Below are positions 21,308 through 31,843 of a DNA stretch of 64,000 bases, piece by piece. How positions within the stretch are numbered: the stretch's first letter is position 1; each line of letters begins with the position of its first letter. The stretch is taken from the NCBI GenBank assembly GCA_963665115.1, contig OY762007.1:32001-96000 (forward strand), read 5' to 3'. Both the position numbers and the translations under genes were made by a program. The stretch is from an uncultured Rivularia sp. (GTDB lineage: Bacteria > Cyanobacteriota > Cyanobacteriia > Cyanobacteriales > Nostocaceae). The notes under the pieces are model-generated. The model ran no database searches, was not told where the DNA came from, and was given only the letters and a program-made list of their open reading frames with translations.

Positions 21308-22744
21308 ATGGTAAACTCCGAACAATCGAGCTATATTTACCAGACATCGCTAAAGTGGGAAAATAGGATAGGAAAAAGAATTCAACCTTTAACTTTTGAC
21401 CTCAGCATGGCTAATCCCTTAATCCAAACTCTCCAGTTAATTGCTAACCCGATAAACTTTTTCGATAACCATGCCAAAAAATATGGAGATACCTTTAGTT
21501 TGCGAGTTTTGGGAATAAATTCTCCCCCGGTTGTATTTTTTAGCAGCCCTCAAGCGATTAATGATTGTTTCGCAATTCCCGCTAATAAATTAGATTTTAA
21601 AAAAGCTACTCACGTATTTAAACCCTTATTCGGCAGCGATTCCATTGTCTTCCAAGAAGGTAAATCCCATAACCGGCAACGACAATTGTTAATGCCTCCG
21701 TTTCATGGCGATCGCCTCAAATCTTACGGTGATACAATCTGTCGTATAACTGAAGATGTAATTCGCAACTGGCAGGTTAACAATACTGTTTCTATGCAGC
21801 AAGTAATGCCGGATATCACTTTACAAATTATCCTTCAGGTGGTCTTTGGAATTACTCCAGGGGAACGTTACGAGAAATTAATCAAATTATTAACCGCGCT
21901 ATTAGATGATATTACTAAACCGTTGTTTTCCAGCTTATTTTTCTTTCCACCTTTACAACAAGATTTAGGAAAATGGAGTCCTTGGGGAAATTATCTCAAA
22001 AGACGCGAAGAAATTGATAAGTTAATATATGCAGAGATATCCGAACGTAGAATAGGGAAGAATAATTTAGGGGAAGATATTTTAAGTCTGTTAATGTCGG
22101 CGAGTGATGAAGATGGCGGTAAAATGACAGATAAGGAATTGCGCGATCAATTAGTTTCTTTATTATTATTGGGTTACGAAACCACATCTGGAGTATTGGC
22201 ATGGTTATTTTACACGATTCACTTCCATCGAGAAGTTAAAAATAAATTAATTAACGAGTTACAAAGTTTAGATAATAAATTAGATGATAATTCTCCAGAA
22301 ATAATTACTCAACTACCTTATCTAAATGCAGTTTGCTCGGAAACCATGCGACTTCACCCCATAGCTTTAATTTGTACTCCCCGCATGGCAATAGATAAAG
22401 TAGAAGTTGCGGGAGAAAAGTTTGATTCAGGCACCGTTTTGGTTCCCTGTATATATTTAGCCCATCGTCAAGAAACAACCTATCAACATCCAGATAAATT
22501 TATTCCCGAAAGATTTTTAGATAGAAAATTTTCCGCATTTGAATATCTGCCTTTTGGGGGAGGTTATCGGGGCTGTATAGGTCAGGCTTTTGCAGTGTAT
22601 GAAATGAAGTTGATTTTAGCAACTATTTTATCCCGGTTTGAGTTGGAATTAGTCGATAAAAAACCACTTTTACCCGTGCGTCGCGGGATTACTATTGTTC
22701 CTAATGGTGGAGTTTCGATGAAAGTTATTAAAACTGTATACTGA
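21308..22744 (+). CDS. Cytochrome P450 (CYP110-like); true start may be downstream
   Basis: LGYETTS, ETMR, PERF, FGGGYRGCIG. Confidence 0.93.
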   Translation: MVNSEQSSYIYQTSLKWENRIGKRIQPLTFDLSMANPLIQTLQLIANPINFFDNHAKKYGDTFSLRVLGINSPPVVFFSSPQAINDCFAIPANKLDFKKATHVFKPLFGSDSIVFQEGKSHNRQRQLLMPPFHGDRLKSYGDTICRITEDVIRNWQVNNTVSMQQVMPDITLQIILQVVFGITPGERYEKLIKLLTALLDDITKPLFSSLFFFPPLQQDLGKWSPWGNYLKRREEIDKLIYAEISERRIGKNNLGEDILSLLMSASDEDGGKMTDKELRDQLVSLLLLGYETTSGVLAWLFYTIHFHREVKNKLINELQSLDNKLDDNSPEIITQLPYLNAVCSETMRLHPIALICTPRMAIDKVEVAGEKFDSGTVLVPCIYLAHRQETTYQHPDKFIPERFLDRKFSAFEYLPFGGGYRGCIGQAFAVYEMKLILATILSRFELELVDKKPLLPVRRGITIVPNGGVSMKVIKTVY

Positions 22745-23041
22745 AGTTTCGGTAAAATCCGAAAAAATTTCGGCTAAAAGGATTAATAGGCTCTATTAAT
22801 AAGATTATTAAAAAATATACTCTTTTTTACTGTGCCTTGTTCCCTTTTCCCTCTTCTGCGACTAATTAATTAGCGTTTTAAAATACGGAAGAACCTATAA
22901 ACTTGAGTATAGAAATTTTGGCGTTGCTGATTAAAAGTATGATTTTCCCCCAGCCCCCAATTTTGGTGGATTTAGGGGGCATTTTAGATATAATAAAATA
23001 AATTAATATTTCAATTAAGCAACGCTAAAATTTTCCTCTGA

Positions 23042-23230
23042 GAGTATGTTTTATAAGTTAGATTTAATACCTGACCTGGCGACTGTAAGTCGCAGCTACA
23101 TAAGCAAAACCTACCTATCTCATATCGGACATACTCCGCTAACGTCGGTTATAAATCTACTAGCCCACGCAGGCGGACAATGCGGCGTGTAGTAGCGGTT
23201 TTAACCACTGGATACTTTTAAAACATCCTC
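23042..23230. mobile_element. IS5-family-like MITE
   Basis: Termini GAGTATGTTTTATAAGT / ACTTTTAAAACATCCTC flanked by TGA on both sides. Confidence 0.65.
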
Positions 23231-23263
23231 TGAAGCCTCCGACTCTTATTTGGAGGCTTCATA

Positions 23264-23461
23264 TTACTTCTTCATAAGGTTTGTTCTTGTATAAAAGTAG
23301 TACGTAACCATAGGCATATAAATCATAAATAATATTATGCGATCGAGCACCTTATTATTAATATCAAATATTTCTGCGATGGCATCAGTTAACAAAACGC
23401 AGCCTAAAGCCATCAGCCCGATTACCATTGTATGGAACCATGCCGTGTCCGTAATTTTCAT
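23264..23461 (-). CDS. Small two-helix membrane hypothetical protein
   Basis: 65 aa, two hydrophobic segments, GAGG upstream, hairpin 23231-23260 downstream. Confidence 0.55.
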   Translation of the reverse strand: MKITDTAWFHTMVIGLMALGCVLLTDAIAEIFDINNKVLDRIILFMIYMPMVTYYFYTRTNLMKK

Positions 23462-23506
23462 CTATTTGCCTCTATACTAACTAAACAAGAATATTACGAT
23501 TACTTA

Positions 23507-23650
23507 AAGGACGTTTTAAAAGTCCCCGAAGGTATAATTTTACCCTTTTGACTTTGTTCAACTTCAACAAAAAATCAAGGCTTTAGCCATATACTGAGAT
23601 ACTTCTCTATGCTTACTATAAGAGCAAAAGACCCTTTTCAAAACATCCTC
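23507..23650. mobile_element. IS5-family-like MITE
   Basis: Termini AAGGACGTTTTAAAAGT / CCTTTTCAAAACATCCTC flanked by TTA on both sides. Confidence 0.6.
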
Positions 23651-23681
23651 TTAGGTTTATTATACACATCAGAATTGACTT

Positions 23682-23965
23682 CAACCTATCAACATCCAGA
23701 TAAATTCATCCCCGAAAGATTTATTGATAAAAAGTTTTCTGCATTTGAATATCTGCCTTTTGGGGGAGGTTATCGGGGCTGTATAGGTCAAGCTTTTGCA
23801 GTGTATGAAATGAAGTTGATTTTAGCAACTATTTTATCCCGGTTTGAGTTGGAATTAGTCGATAAAAAACCACTTTTACCCGTGCGTCGCGGGATTACTA
23901 TTGTTCCTAATGGTGGAGTTTCGATGATTGTAAAATCGCGCCGAACAGAACATCAATCGTTCTAG
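23682..23965 (+). pseudogene. Duplicated 3' fragment of the upstream P450
   Basis: 23682-23927 is a near-identical copy of 22476-22721 (246 bp). Confidence 0.9.
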
Positions 23966-24194
23966 TCATACACCCTACAAATACTAACCATTAAGTAGGT
24001 AGGCGCAATTAAATGTAAGATGTCCGAAGCCGTTCACCAAGTATGCCCGAAGGGCTTAGTGTTCCCTTTTAGGGAATGAAGGAACGACTTAGCGCCGTCT
24101 CCCTCCGGGAGATAGCAACCGCAGTGACTGGGATTGCTTTGTTCCTCGCTTCGGACTAAGCGTATTATATTTACTTGTACTAACCATTAACATT

Positions 24195-24905
24195 ATGAAA
24201 CCAAACTTACATTTAACCCGCCGTAAATTATTGCAAATTTCTGGTTTATCAAGCATTAGTTTGCTTTTAGGTGGCTGCGGTACTCCAGTATTTGAAGGTG
24301 TAATAGGTGCGCTTTCCGAACCGCTAAATGAAAATCTTCAATCTTTATTATTAAAACCTCAAACGCCAGTACCGGAATTTTCACCTAACGAAATAGAACC
24401 AGAAGCTTTGATAGTAAATACATATAGATCCACCCCACTGATTAATCAAGAAAAATTTCGTTTAATTATTGATGGTGAAGTAGAAAATCCTCTGAGTTTG
24501 AGCATGGAAGATATTAAAACTTTACCTTTAACTTCCACAATTATTCGCCACGTATGTGTGGAAGGTTGGGCTGCAATTGTCCAGTGGGGAGGTATTCGCT
24601 TGCGGGAACTTGTGGCTTTAGCGCAACCAAACAACAACGTTAAATATGCTTATTTTCAATCCGCCGATGGTTACTATTCAAGCTGGGATATCGCTTCAAC
24701 TTTGCATCCCCAAACTTTATTAGCTTACGAGAAAAACGGCGAATCTTTACCAGTTGATAACGGTGCCCCTTTACGTTTGGCTTCCCCGATTAAACTTGGT
24801 TACAAACAAAGTAAATGGGTTACGAGAGTTACTTTGGTTAGTAATTTATCACGATATCAAGGCTATTGGGAAGACCAAGGTTATGAATGGTTCGCAGGAT
24901 TGTGA
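24195..24905 (+). CDS. Molybdopterin-dependent oxidoreductase (MsrP/YedY-like), Tat lipoprotein
   Basis: TRRKLL + LGGC; HVCVEGW, NGAPLRL, KLGYKQSKW, GYWEDQGY. Confidence 0.85.
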   Translation: MKPNLHLTRRKLLQISGLSSISLLLGGCGTPVFEGVIGALSEPLNENLQSLLLKPQTPVPEFSPNEIEPEALIVNTYRSTPLINQEKFRLIIDGEVENPLSLSMEDIKTLPLTSTIIRHVCVEGWAAIVQWGGIRLRELVALAQPNNNVKYAYFQSADGYYSSWDIASTLHPQTLLAYEKNGESLPVDNGAPLRLASPIKLGYKQSKWVTRVTLVSNLSRYQGYWEDQGYEWFAGL

Positions 24906-25144
24906 CAACTAACGGTGTTTGCTGAAAATACTGAGCAACAGCGTTAAACTCTGTAGCTATTTCTATATGATATTATCCCCGCGATATTAGTGTTATTACC
25001 GATACATATTTAGGGATGATGATTGTAAAAAGGTATATATAGCTATGTACCAAAGCGAAATAATCATTTACACCAAAGTTGTGAAAATAAAAATTATTGC
25101 GATCGCCTTGGGATTATTTTAATGTTTACAACCAGAGCTTAGTA

Positions 25145-26356
25145 ATGACTAAAATTTTAGTAATAGAAGACGAAGAGTCAGTACGCGAAAATATATTAGA
25201 TTTATTGGAAGCGGAAGATTTTGAAGCCATTTCTGCTCCCGACGGTAGAGCCGGGGTTGATTTAGCACTCAATGAGTCACCAGATTTGATCTTGTGCGAC
25301 TTAATGATGCCAGAAATCAACGGTTTTGCTGTTTTAGCCCTATTGCGCGAAAAATTTAATACTTCTGCTATCCCTTTTATTTTTCTAACTGCACGTTCTG
25401 CAAAAAACGATTTTCGTCAAGGGATGGAATTAGGTGCTGATGATTATGTAACTAAACCATTTACACGTGCAGAACTGTTAAGTGCAATTTCTACCAGGCT
25501 ACAACGGCAAGCGGCAATTATAAAGAATCCAGCTTCTCATGCAGAAGTTAAAGCATATCCAAGGGAAATGCGAGTTATTGAGAAAACTTTACGTACAACC
25601 ATCGAAGAAGGCAAATTTCGCGAATTTCAAATGTATTATCAACCCATCGTTGATATTAAGTCCGGTGAGATGATTGCAGTGGAAACTCTGATACGTTGGT
25701 GGAGTCATAAGTTGGGTTTAGTTTCCCCTGCCGAGTTGATTCCTTTAGCAGAATCTACGGGTTTAATTGTACCTTTAGGTGATTGGATTTTAGAAAGTGT
25801 TTGTAAACAAACAAGGAATTGGTTAGATAGTGGTTTAGATGCTTTACCAACCTGCGTCAATGTATCCGCAAGTCAATATACACAACCATTATTTGTTGAA
25901 AAAGTTGCAAATTTACTCTCAACTTATAATTTAGCACCGCATTACCTAGAATTAGAATTTACCGAAACCTCAATGATGCAGGATATAAATAAAACTCTTG
26001 ATATCTTGCAACAATTAAAATCCTTGGGTGTCAAAATTGCAATGGATGATTTTGGTACTGGTAACTCGTCTTTAATTTACTTGAAAAAAATCCCCTTAGA
26101 TACCATCAAAATCGACAACTATTTTATATATAATCTCTCTCAAGATGGTCAGAAATTAGCAATTACTAAAGCTTTAATTCAGATGGGACAAAATCTCAAT
26201 TTGAAAGTTGTGGCTGAGGGAGTAGAAACCGTTAGCGAACTCAAGATTTTGCGCGACCTTAGATGCCATGCTATGCAAGGTTTTCTATTTACTCAGCCCT
26301 TGCCCAGTTCTGATTTTGAACAAATGTTAGCGAGCAAGCAAGGTTTACATATTTAG
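25145..26356 (+). CDS. Response regulator receiver - EAL phosphodiesterase
   Basis: ILVIEDE, LILCD, KPF; YQPIV, ETLIRW, ELEFTE, DDFGTG, KID, EGVE, QG. Confidence 0.9.
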   Translation: MTKILVIEDEESVRENILDLLEAEDFEAISAPDGRAGVDLALNESPDLILCDLMMPEINGFAVLALLREKFNTSAIPFIFLTARSAKNDFRQGMELGADDYVTKPFTRAELLSAISTRLQRQAAIIKNPASHAEVKAYPREMRVIEKTLRTTIEEGKFREFQMYYQPIVDIKSGEMIAVETLIRWWSHKLGLVSPAELIPLAESTGLIVPLGDWILESVCKQTRNWLDSGLDALPTCVNVSASQYTQPLFVEKVANLLSTYNLAPHYLELEFTETSMMQDINKTLDILQQLKSLGVKIAMDDFGTGNSSLIYLKKIPLDTIKIDNYFIYNLSQDGQKLAITKALIQMGQNLNLKVVAEGVETVSELKILRDLRCHAMQGFLFTQPLPSSDFEQMLASKQGLHI

Positions 26357-26606
26357 CTTTAGATACAAAACTAAGCAGTTAAGAAGGGTGCTTTATTTTT
26401 CCAATTAAAATTAGTTATTAATTATTATTGTTGTTTATTTAATTAAAAAATTGCCTTATAAAGGCTAGTATAAAAACCAAAATCATCAACTTTTTATACT
26501 ATAAATAGTAAATTCAGGAATGGCAGCAGCTGTCACAATTTTCCTGCAAGCTGTCTAAAGCTACGATAAAATCTGAACGTACTAACAATATTTGTAGCGT
26601 CACGCA

Positions 26607-26717
26607 CTAGTACAGTACGGCGTAAATAAAGCACCCATTTAAAAAGTTTGAAAGCCTTATCATATAATACTTTTTACTTCTTACTTTTGACTTTTTACTT
26701 CCGCGCAGCGGTACTAG
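26607..26717. mobile_element. MITE family A copy 1 (107 bp + CTAG duplication)
   Basis: CTAG-TACAGTACGGCGTAAATAAAG...CCGCGCAGCGGTA-CTAG; near-identical at 31352 and 36485. Confidence 0.88.
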
Positions 26718-26846
26718 GCTGTTGACTTTGAGAAAATTTACGCGCTTAAAGTAGTTCATAGCCCCATCCCTCTCCGTTATCTTGGGAGAGGAGTGCCGGA
26801 GGCGGGGCGAGGTTTCTCGATATGTGGTTCACTCAACTGAAAACCG

Positions 26847-27389
26847 CTATGTCGTTATAGTTTTTAAAATTTGTACCAGCAAAACCTCTAAGTTTTGCGT
26901 TCCTTCGTGACGGATACCAATAAAAAAAGTAGGAGTGCGCTCGACTCCGTGTTCGATACCGCTATCAATGTCTTGTTGTACCCGCTCGCGATGAAGGCGA
27001 TCGCTCAATTCTCTTAACACCCGAGGAATATCTAATTTGAGTCTATCGGCATACTCGATCAGATCGCCATCTTCCAATGCCTGTTGATTCTCAAACAATA
27101 AAGAATGCATTTCCCAAAATTTGCCCTGTGCGCCTGCTGCTTCTGCGGTTTCTGCCGCCTTTAGGCACTGGGGATGAATATCGGAGTCAGGAAAGTGACG
27201 AAACACAAAACAAAAGCGATCGCCTAATTGCTGTCTTAGTTTCTCAATGGTTGAATAAGCTTGTGCCGATTGAGAACATTGATAATCACCATATTTCATT
27301 AAAACTAAGGCGGTAGTAGATGTTCCTGAAATATGGTCGTTTTCCCGTAGAGGAGGAATTCCATTGGAATTGATTTGGATCATGGACAA
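26847..27389 (-). CDS. DsbA-like thioredoxin-fold protein (CxxS)
   Basis: YGDYQCSQS, FVFRHFP, AGAQGKFWEMH, GVERTPTFFI. Confidence 0.85.
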   Translation of the reverse strand: MSMIQINSNGIPPLRENDHISGTSTTALVLMKYGDYQCSQSAQAYSTIEKLRQQLGDRFCFVFRHFPDSDIHPQCLKAAETAEAAGAQGKFWEMHSLLFENQQALEDGDLIEYADRLKLDIPRVLRELSDRLHRERVQQDIDSGIEHGVERTPTFFIGIRHEGTQNLEVLLVQILKTITT

Positions 27390-27560
27390 ATAAAAAAACT
27401 TCTGGTGAAGTAAAGTAATGGGTGATTTTAAATCAATATTTCTGACTTATTTATGCTACGGACAATCGAGTTTAAATTTCGCCTCAAAATAGTTATGAAT
27501 TACAACCTAACTTGAGGCAAATATTTTTCCCTAACTTTTGGCCAGGTATGGTGAAGGAGA

Positions 27561-27950
27561 TGAGTAGGGAGTAGGGAGTAGGGAGTAGGGAGTAAGGAGT
27601 AGGGAGTAGGGAGTAGGGAGTAGGGAGTGATGAGTAGGGAGTAGGGAGTAGGGAGTAGGGAGTAGGGAGTAGGGAGTAGGGAGTGATGAGTAGGGAGTGA
27701 TGAGTAGGGAGTAGGGAGTAGGGAGTAGGGAGTAGGGAGTGATGAGTAGGGAGTAGGGAGTAAGGAGTAGTGAGTAGGGAGTAGGGAGTAGTGAGTAGGG
27801 AGTAGGGAGTAGGGAGTAGGGAGTGATGAGTAGGGAGTGATGAGTAGGGAGTAGGGAGTAGGGAGTGATGAGTAGGGAGTAGGGAGTAAGGAGTAGTGAG
27901 TAGGGAGTAGGGAGTAGTGAGTAGGGAGTAGGGAGTAGGGAGTAAGGAGT
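27561..27950. repeat. Long STRR heptamer array (GGGAGTA)n
   Basis: About 390 bp of GGGAGTA/GTGAGTA/ATGAGTA units. Confidence 0.95.
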
Positions 27951-28363
27951 AAAGTATTAATTTGAACTTTAAAAACATTGTTTAATTGCGTCTTAATTCC
28001 TTCCTGAAAGCTTTAATCCCGATCGCTTGTTTGATTGAAGACTTAACAGCTAATTTATACGCAAAAAAGGGCGTTGCAGATACGAAAACATTGAAAATTA
28101 ACTTTAAAATATGCAACCCCAATTATTTTCTGAGATGTCTAATATTGCCCAAGTCCGCCACTATTAGCTCTAAACACGGCAGCGTGCATAAAAATTTTCG
28201 GGTAATAAGTAGTAAGTAAAATACAACAGAAAAATAATGAAATCATGTGGCGGACTAAACATTATTTTAGTTGAGATTTCAAGGTTAGTAGTAGCGCCGT
28301 CTTCGCCTCATAATTAGAGATTCGGAGGCGAGTACAGAGCTACTACAAACCCCTTAAAAAGTA

Positions 28364-28625
28364 TTACTCAACAAGAGTTTGGTCGATGTAACACCAGCGC
28401 CAATCTTCATTTGGTTCGATTGATTCAACAATGGGATGTTCTGTTTTATTAAAATGCTTGGTAGCGTGTTTATTTTTAGAAGAATCACAGCAACCAACAT
28501 GACCGCAAATTAAACACATTCGCAGATGCACCCAGGAATCCCCCATTTTGAGACATTCTTCGCATCATGAAGGCACTAGGAGTAACTTCTTCAATTTGGT
28601 TTGCGTGAGTACAGTTTGAGTTCAT
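28364..28625 (-). pseudogene. UBP-type zinc finger protein, +1 frameshift near 28565
   Basis: MNSNCTHANQIEEVTPSA / CEECLKMGDSWVHLRMCLICGHVGCCDSSKNKHATKH; span is 262 nt. Confidence 0.75.
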
Positions 28626-28657
28626 AATTTTCCAATCTCCTTGTTTACTTGAATTAT

Positions 28658-28819
28658 CTAATCTATTGGCTCAAACTTAGATTTAATAGTATGGCATTGG
28701 GGACAAGACCAATCATCAGCAACATCTTCAAAAGCAGTACCTGGTTCAATTCCCGAATCTGGATCGCCTTTTTCTGGGTCGTAGATATAACCACAAACGG
28801 GGCATCTATATTTTTTCAT
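28658..28819 (-). CDS. Rubredoxin (53 aa; absent from ORF track)
   Basis: [58 protein letters not shown] upstream. Confidence 0.93.
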   Translation of the reverse strand: MKKYRCPVCGYIYDPEKGDPDSGIEPGTAFEDVADDWSCPQCHTIKSKFEPID

Positions 28820-28880
28820 GATGAGCGTATTCTCCTGAATTTAAGTAGAAATTTGCTTTCTTCGATCTGACTTGAAAATG

Positions 28881-29792
28881 TTACAAACCAGCTTGTTTAA
28901 TATACTGTTTGACTGTCAAAGGTTTAATCTGGGGATAGCGAGAATTTTGAATATTATCCAACTTGGCTTTACTCGATACCATTACATATTCGTATTGCTG
29001 CGGAATATATTCTACTGGTGAAGAAGCTGTTTTCTTCTTATCCTCAATCCAGTTTTTTAGTTCTTCGACGCTACCCATATGTTGAACCTCTAACTTTTTA
29101 CCTGTAGCTTCTTCATAAGATGCTTTAAGCTGTTTCATCGTCAACACTTCCCCAGTAACTTCTAAAGCAGTATTGACTAATTCACCATCGCTGACAGCTT
29201 CGGCAACATATTTAGCAGTGTCTTCAACCGAAGTATAGTCTACAAGAGTTTCACCATCACCCCAGTATCTAAAGATGCCGTTTTCTAAATCGAATTGAGG
29301 AGAATAGGGAGTAGGAATAGTATCCATAAATGCCCCGTTAAGAATTAAGGTGTATTCCAAACCGCTAGCTTGAAGATGTTCTAAAACCTGTTTTCGCATA
29401 TCTAAATTATCGTTATCGCCGTAATCTATTTTGCGATAATCCACAGAATAGTCAGAAGAAATAAACCTTTTTACTCCTTGCTTTTTGGCTGCATCGATGG
29501 CATTTTTCTGTCCCGGTACGGTAACTTGATTGTTGCCAACTGCCGAAACAATAACATCAACGCCCTCAAATATTGGCAATAAAGTATCGGGTTTCACCAA
29601 GTCTCCTTCAACTACGATTGCACCTTGTGCTTTCATCGCGTCGATATCTTGGCGGTTATCCTCTTTATCGTAGCTACCAGGGCGCACCATTGCTTTAACT
29701 TCGGTTTCACCTTTTTCCAGTAAAGCTTTAACGATTTGCGTTCCCAACATTCCTGTTGAACCGATAACTAATACTGTTGTTTTATCTGCCAT
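28881..29792 (-). CDS. NmrA / isoflavone-reductase-like NAD(P)-binding protein
   Basis: VLVIGSTGMLG, AAKKQGVKRFISSDYS. Confidence 0.85.
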   Translation of the reverse strand: MADKTTVLVIGSTGMLGTQIVKALLEKGETEVKAMVRPGSYDKEDNRQDIDAMKAQGAIVVEGDLVKPDTLLPIFEGVDVIVSAVGNNQVTVPGQKNAIDAAKKQGVKRFISSDYSVDYRKIDYGDNDNLDMRKQVLEHLQASGLEYTLILNGAFMDTIPTPYSPQFDLENGIFRYWGDGETLVDYTSVEDTAKYVAEAVSDGELVNTALEVTGEVLTMKQLKASYEEATGKKLEVQHMGSVEELKNWIEDKKKTASSPVEYIPQQYEYVMVSSKAKLDNIQNSRYPQIKPLTVKQYIKQAGL

Positions 29793-30056
29793 AACTTGCT
29801 CCTTTGATTAATAAAATCTAATTATAAAAAAGGGATAATTTCTATTCGTTCGGTACGGTTAAAACAACATCATAAAGATGATATTCATTTTCAGCAACAC
29901 CTTCCCAATATTGTGAATCTCCGCCAAATACTGGCTGTTTCTTAAGACTTTCAATAGTTTATAGACTCAGCCATTGCCATATATCTGTATCTCTCCTTTC
30001 TACTTTCGATAGATAAAATTTAACCAAACTGTTTGCTCAACTTTTGCACGGTCTAT

Positions 30057-30194
30057 TTAGTCTAGTCTCACAGCAGTTAAATCAAGCTTTTCTGGAGAAC
30101 GAGCAAAAGCTGTTACCTCATGTCCTGCTTTTAAAGCTTTATCTACCGTAAAGCGACCAATGTTTCCGGTAGCACCACAAATAAGTACGCGCAT
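30057..30194 (-). pseudogene. N-terminal fragment of NAD(P)H-binding oxidoreductase
   Basis: MRVLICGATGNIGRFTVDKALKAGHEVTAFARSPEKL, then a stop after 45 aa. Confidence 0.75.
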
Positions 30195-30220
30195 TTTTTT
30201 GATTTATAATTACTTTTCTA

Positions 30221-30973
30221 TTACAGTCGTGTCATTCCACCATCAACCGACAAAGTTTGTCCTGTCATAAAACGAGAATCTTCTGAAGCTAAGAAAGAAA
30301 CTACACCAGCAATATCATTTGGATCTGCGATGCGATGAATTGCCTGCATCTGTTTAACCATGTCAAACATATCTGCCTGCTCGCCGCTTTCTGTTGTACC
30401 AGTGCGAACCATACCAGGAGAAACAGCGTTGACGGTAATCCCTATATCTGCGACTTCAGTAGCTAAAGCACGGGTGAAACCAATAACTCCCATTTTGGCA
30501 GCCGTGTAGTGAGTTACATTAGGTGCGACTGCCCAACAAACATTAGAAGAAATATTAATAATTCGTCCCCAATTATTTTGCTTCATCATGGGCACAAAAG
30601 CTTTACAGGTTAAAAACAAGGCATCTAAATCTACTGAAAGAATTTTACGCCAATCTTCAAAACTCATTTCTGCAAAAGGTTGAAAAGGATAAATTCCAGC
30701 ATTATTAATCAAAATATCGCAGCGTCCAAACTGAGATTTGACGGCTTCTGCTAGTGCTTGAATATCTTCTTGAGAAGTTACATCGCAAGTTTTAGTTAAT
30801 GCCTTCCCACCTGCATCCTTAACCATTTTCTCAGTTTCAGTAGCCGGATGTCTCGAAGTCAAAACCAAATCTGCTCCTTCGGTTGCCAAACGTCGAGCAA
30901 ATTCCTGCCCCATTCCTGAAGATGCACCTGTCACTACTGCGACTTTTCCTTGATGTTTGTTTTGGTTCATCAC
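30221..30973 (-). CDS. Short-chain dehydrogenase/reductase
   Basis: TGASSGMG, NNAG, YTAAK, NAVSPG, VDGG. Confidence 0.93.
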   Translation of the reverse strand: MMNQNKHQGKVAVVTGASSGMGQEFARRLATEGADLVLTSRHPATETEKMVKDAGGKALTKTCDVTSQEDIQALAEAVKSQFGRCDILINNAGIYPFQPFAEMSFEDWRKILSVDLDALFLTCKAFVPMMKQNNWGRIINISSNVCWAVAPNVTHYTAAKMGVIGFTRALATEVADIGITVNAVSPGMVRTGTTESGEQADMFDMVKQMQAIHRIADPNDIAGVVSFLASEDSRFMTGQTLSVDGGMTRL

Positions 30974-31172
30974 TAATTCCTTGAAATTTTCTTCAAACGC
31001 TTTTGAAGAGCTTATCAGCCATCTATTACCTTTGACTTCTCTGTTATTGCTTTATTTTGTCTAAAATTGCTCTAATAAGGAAAAATATTGATGTATCAAA
31101 CATCAAAGCTGAATAAATTAGATTATCGCTTCTGTAGTTAAAATTAAGCCTAATATAGCAATCGCAATAGCG

Positions 31173-31639
31173 CTAACTAAAGGCATATATGTTTGTAAAA
31201 AGTTGGATTGGGGAAGAAGTTCTAGCCATTAAAGAATTAACAATGGCTGCAACATCAGCGGCTAAATCGTGAATAGTGATTCCTGTGGTGGAGCCACTAC
31301 TTGCTTCTACTCCACGAGGATTGACGGCGATCGCCCTAAATCCAGATTCAGCTAGTACAGTACGGCGTAAATAAAGCACCCATTTAAAAAGTTTGAAAGC
31401 CTTATCACATAATACTTTTTACTTCTTACTTTTGACTTTTTACTTCCGCGCAGCGGTACTAGTACCTTCATTAAGTCAGTAAAATCATCAGCACCCCTTG
31501 CCCACGATGGTATCAAGACCACAGCTTCACCAGTTCCAGCTATTAATATGCTACTACTAGCGTCTCCTACCTTAATTTGTTCCATAGAGCAGTTATCGGG
31601 TGTAAGCTGCTCGTAAGGCTTTTCTAAAGCGGGATGCAT
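31173..31639 (-). pseudogene. Alpha/beta hydrolase N-terminus, interrupted by a MITE and truncated
   Basis: VVLIPSWARG..LMKVL|AESGFRAIAVNPRG..HDLAADVAA once 31352-31462 is excised leaving one CTAG. Confidence 0.8.
31352..31462. mobile_element. MITE family A copy 2 (inserted in the hydrolase gene)
   Basis: CTAG target duplication; excision restores the reading frame. Confidence 0.92.
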
Positions 31640-31843
31640 AGCTAATTTCTGCTTTACTTTATTAAAAACGTTTCTAGAATGAAAATTATCAGTAAATAAA
31701 ATACTTTGGCTATCAAGTTCTTGCCTAATTTTGTCTAAAATTGCCTTATTTGATAATCGCCCAGAAAGAAAGTTAGTTGAACCGAATTCATTTTTGTTAC
31801 TTCTGAGTCGTTTATTTTTATCATTTGCTATGTTAAAAATAAA

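Noticed and set aside
22476..23927. P450 duplicate as a DGR template/variable repeat pair
   Set aside because: Differences are not adenine-specific, are mostly synonymous, and no reverse transcriptase is in the window.
27493..27978. 161-aa LLPTPYS-repeat ORF (also 32408-32725, 36228-36512, 48510-48740, 58908-59282)
   Set aside because: Translations of STRR heptamer arrays, not genes.
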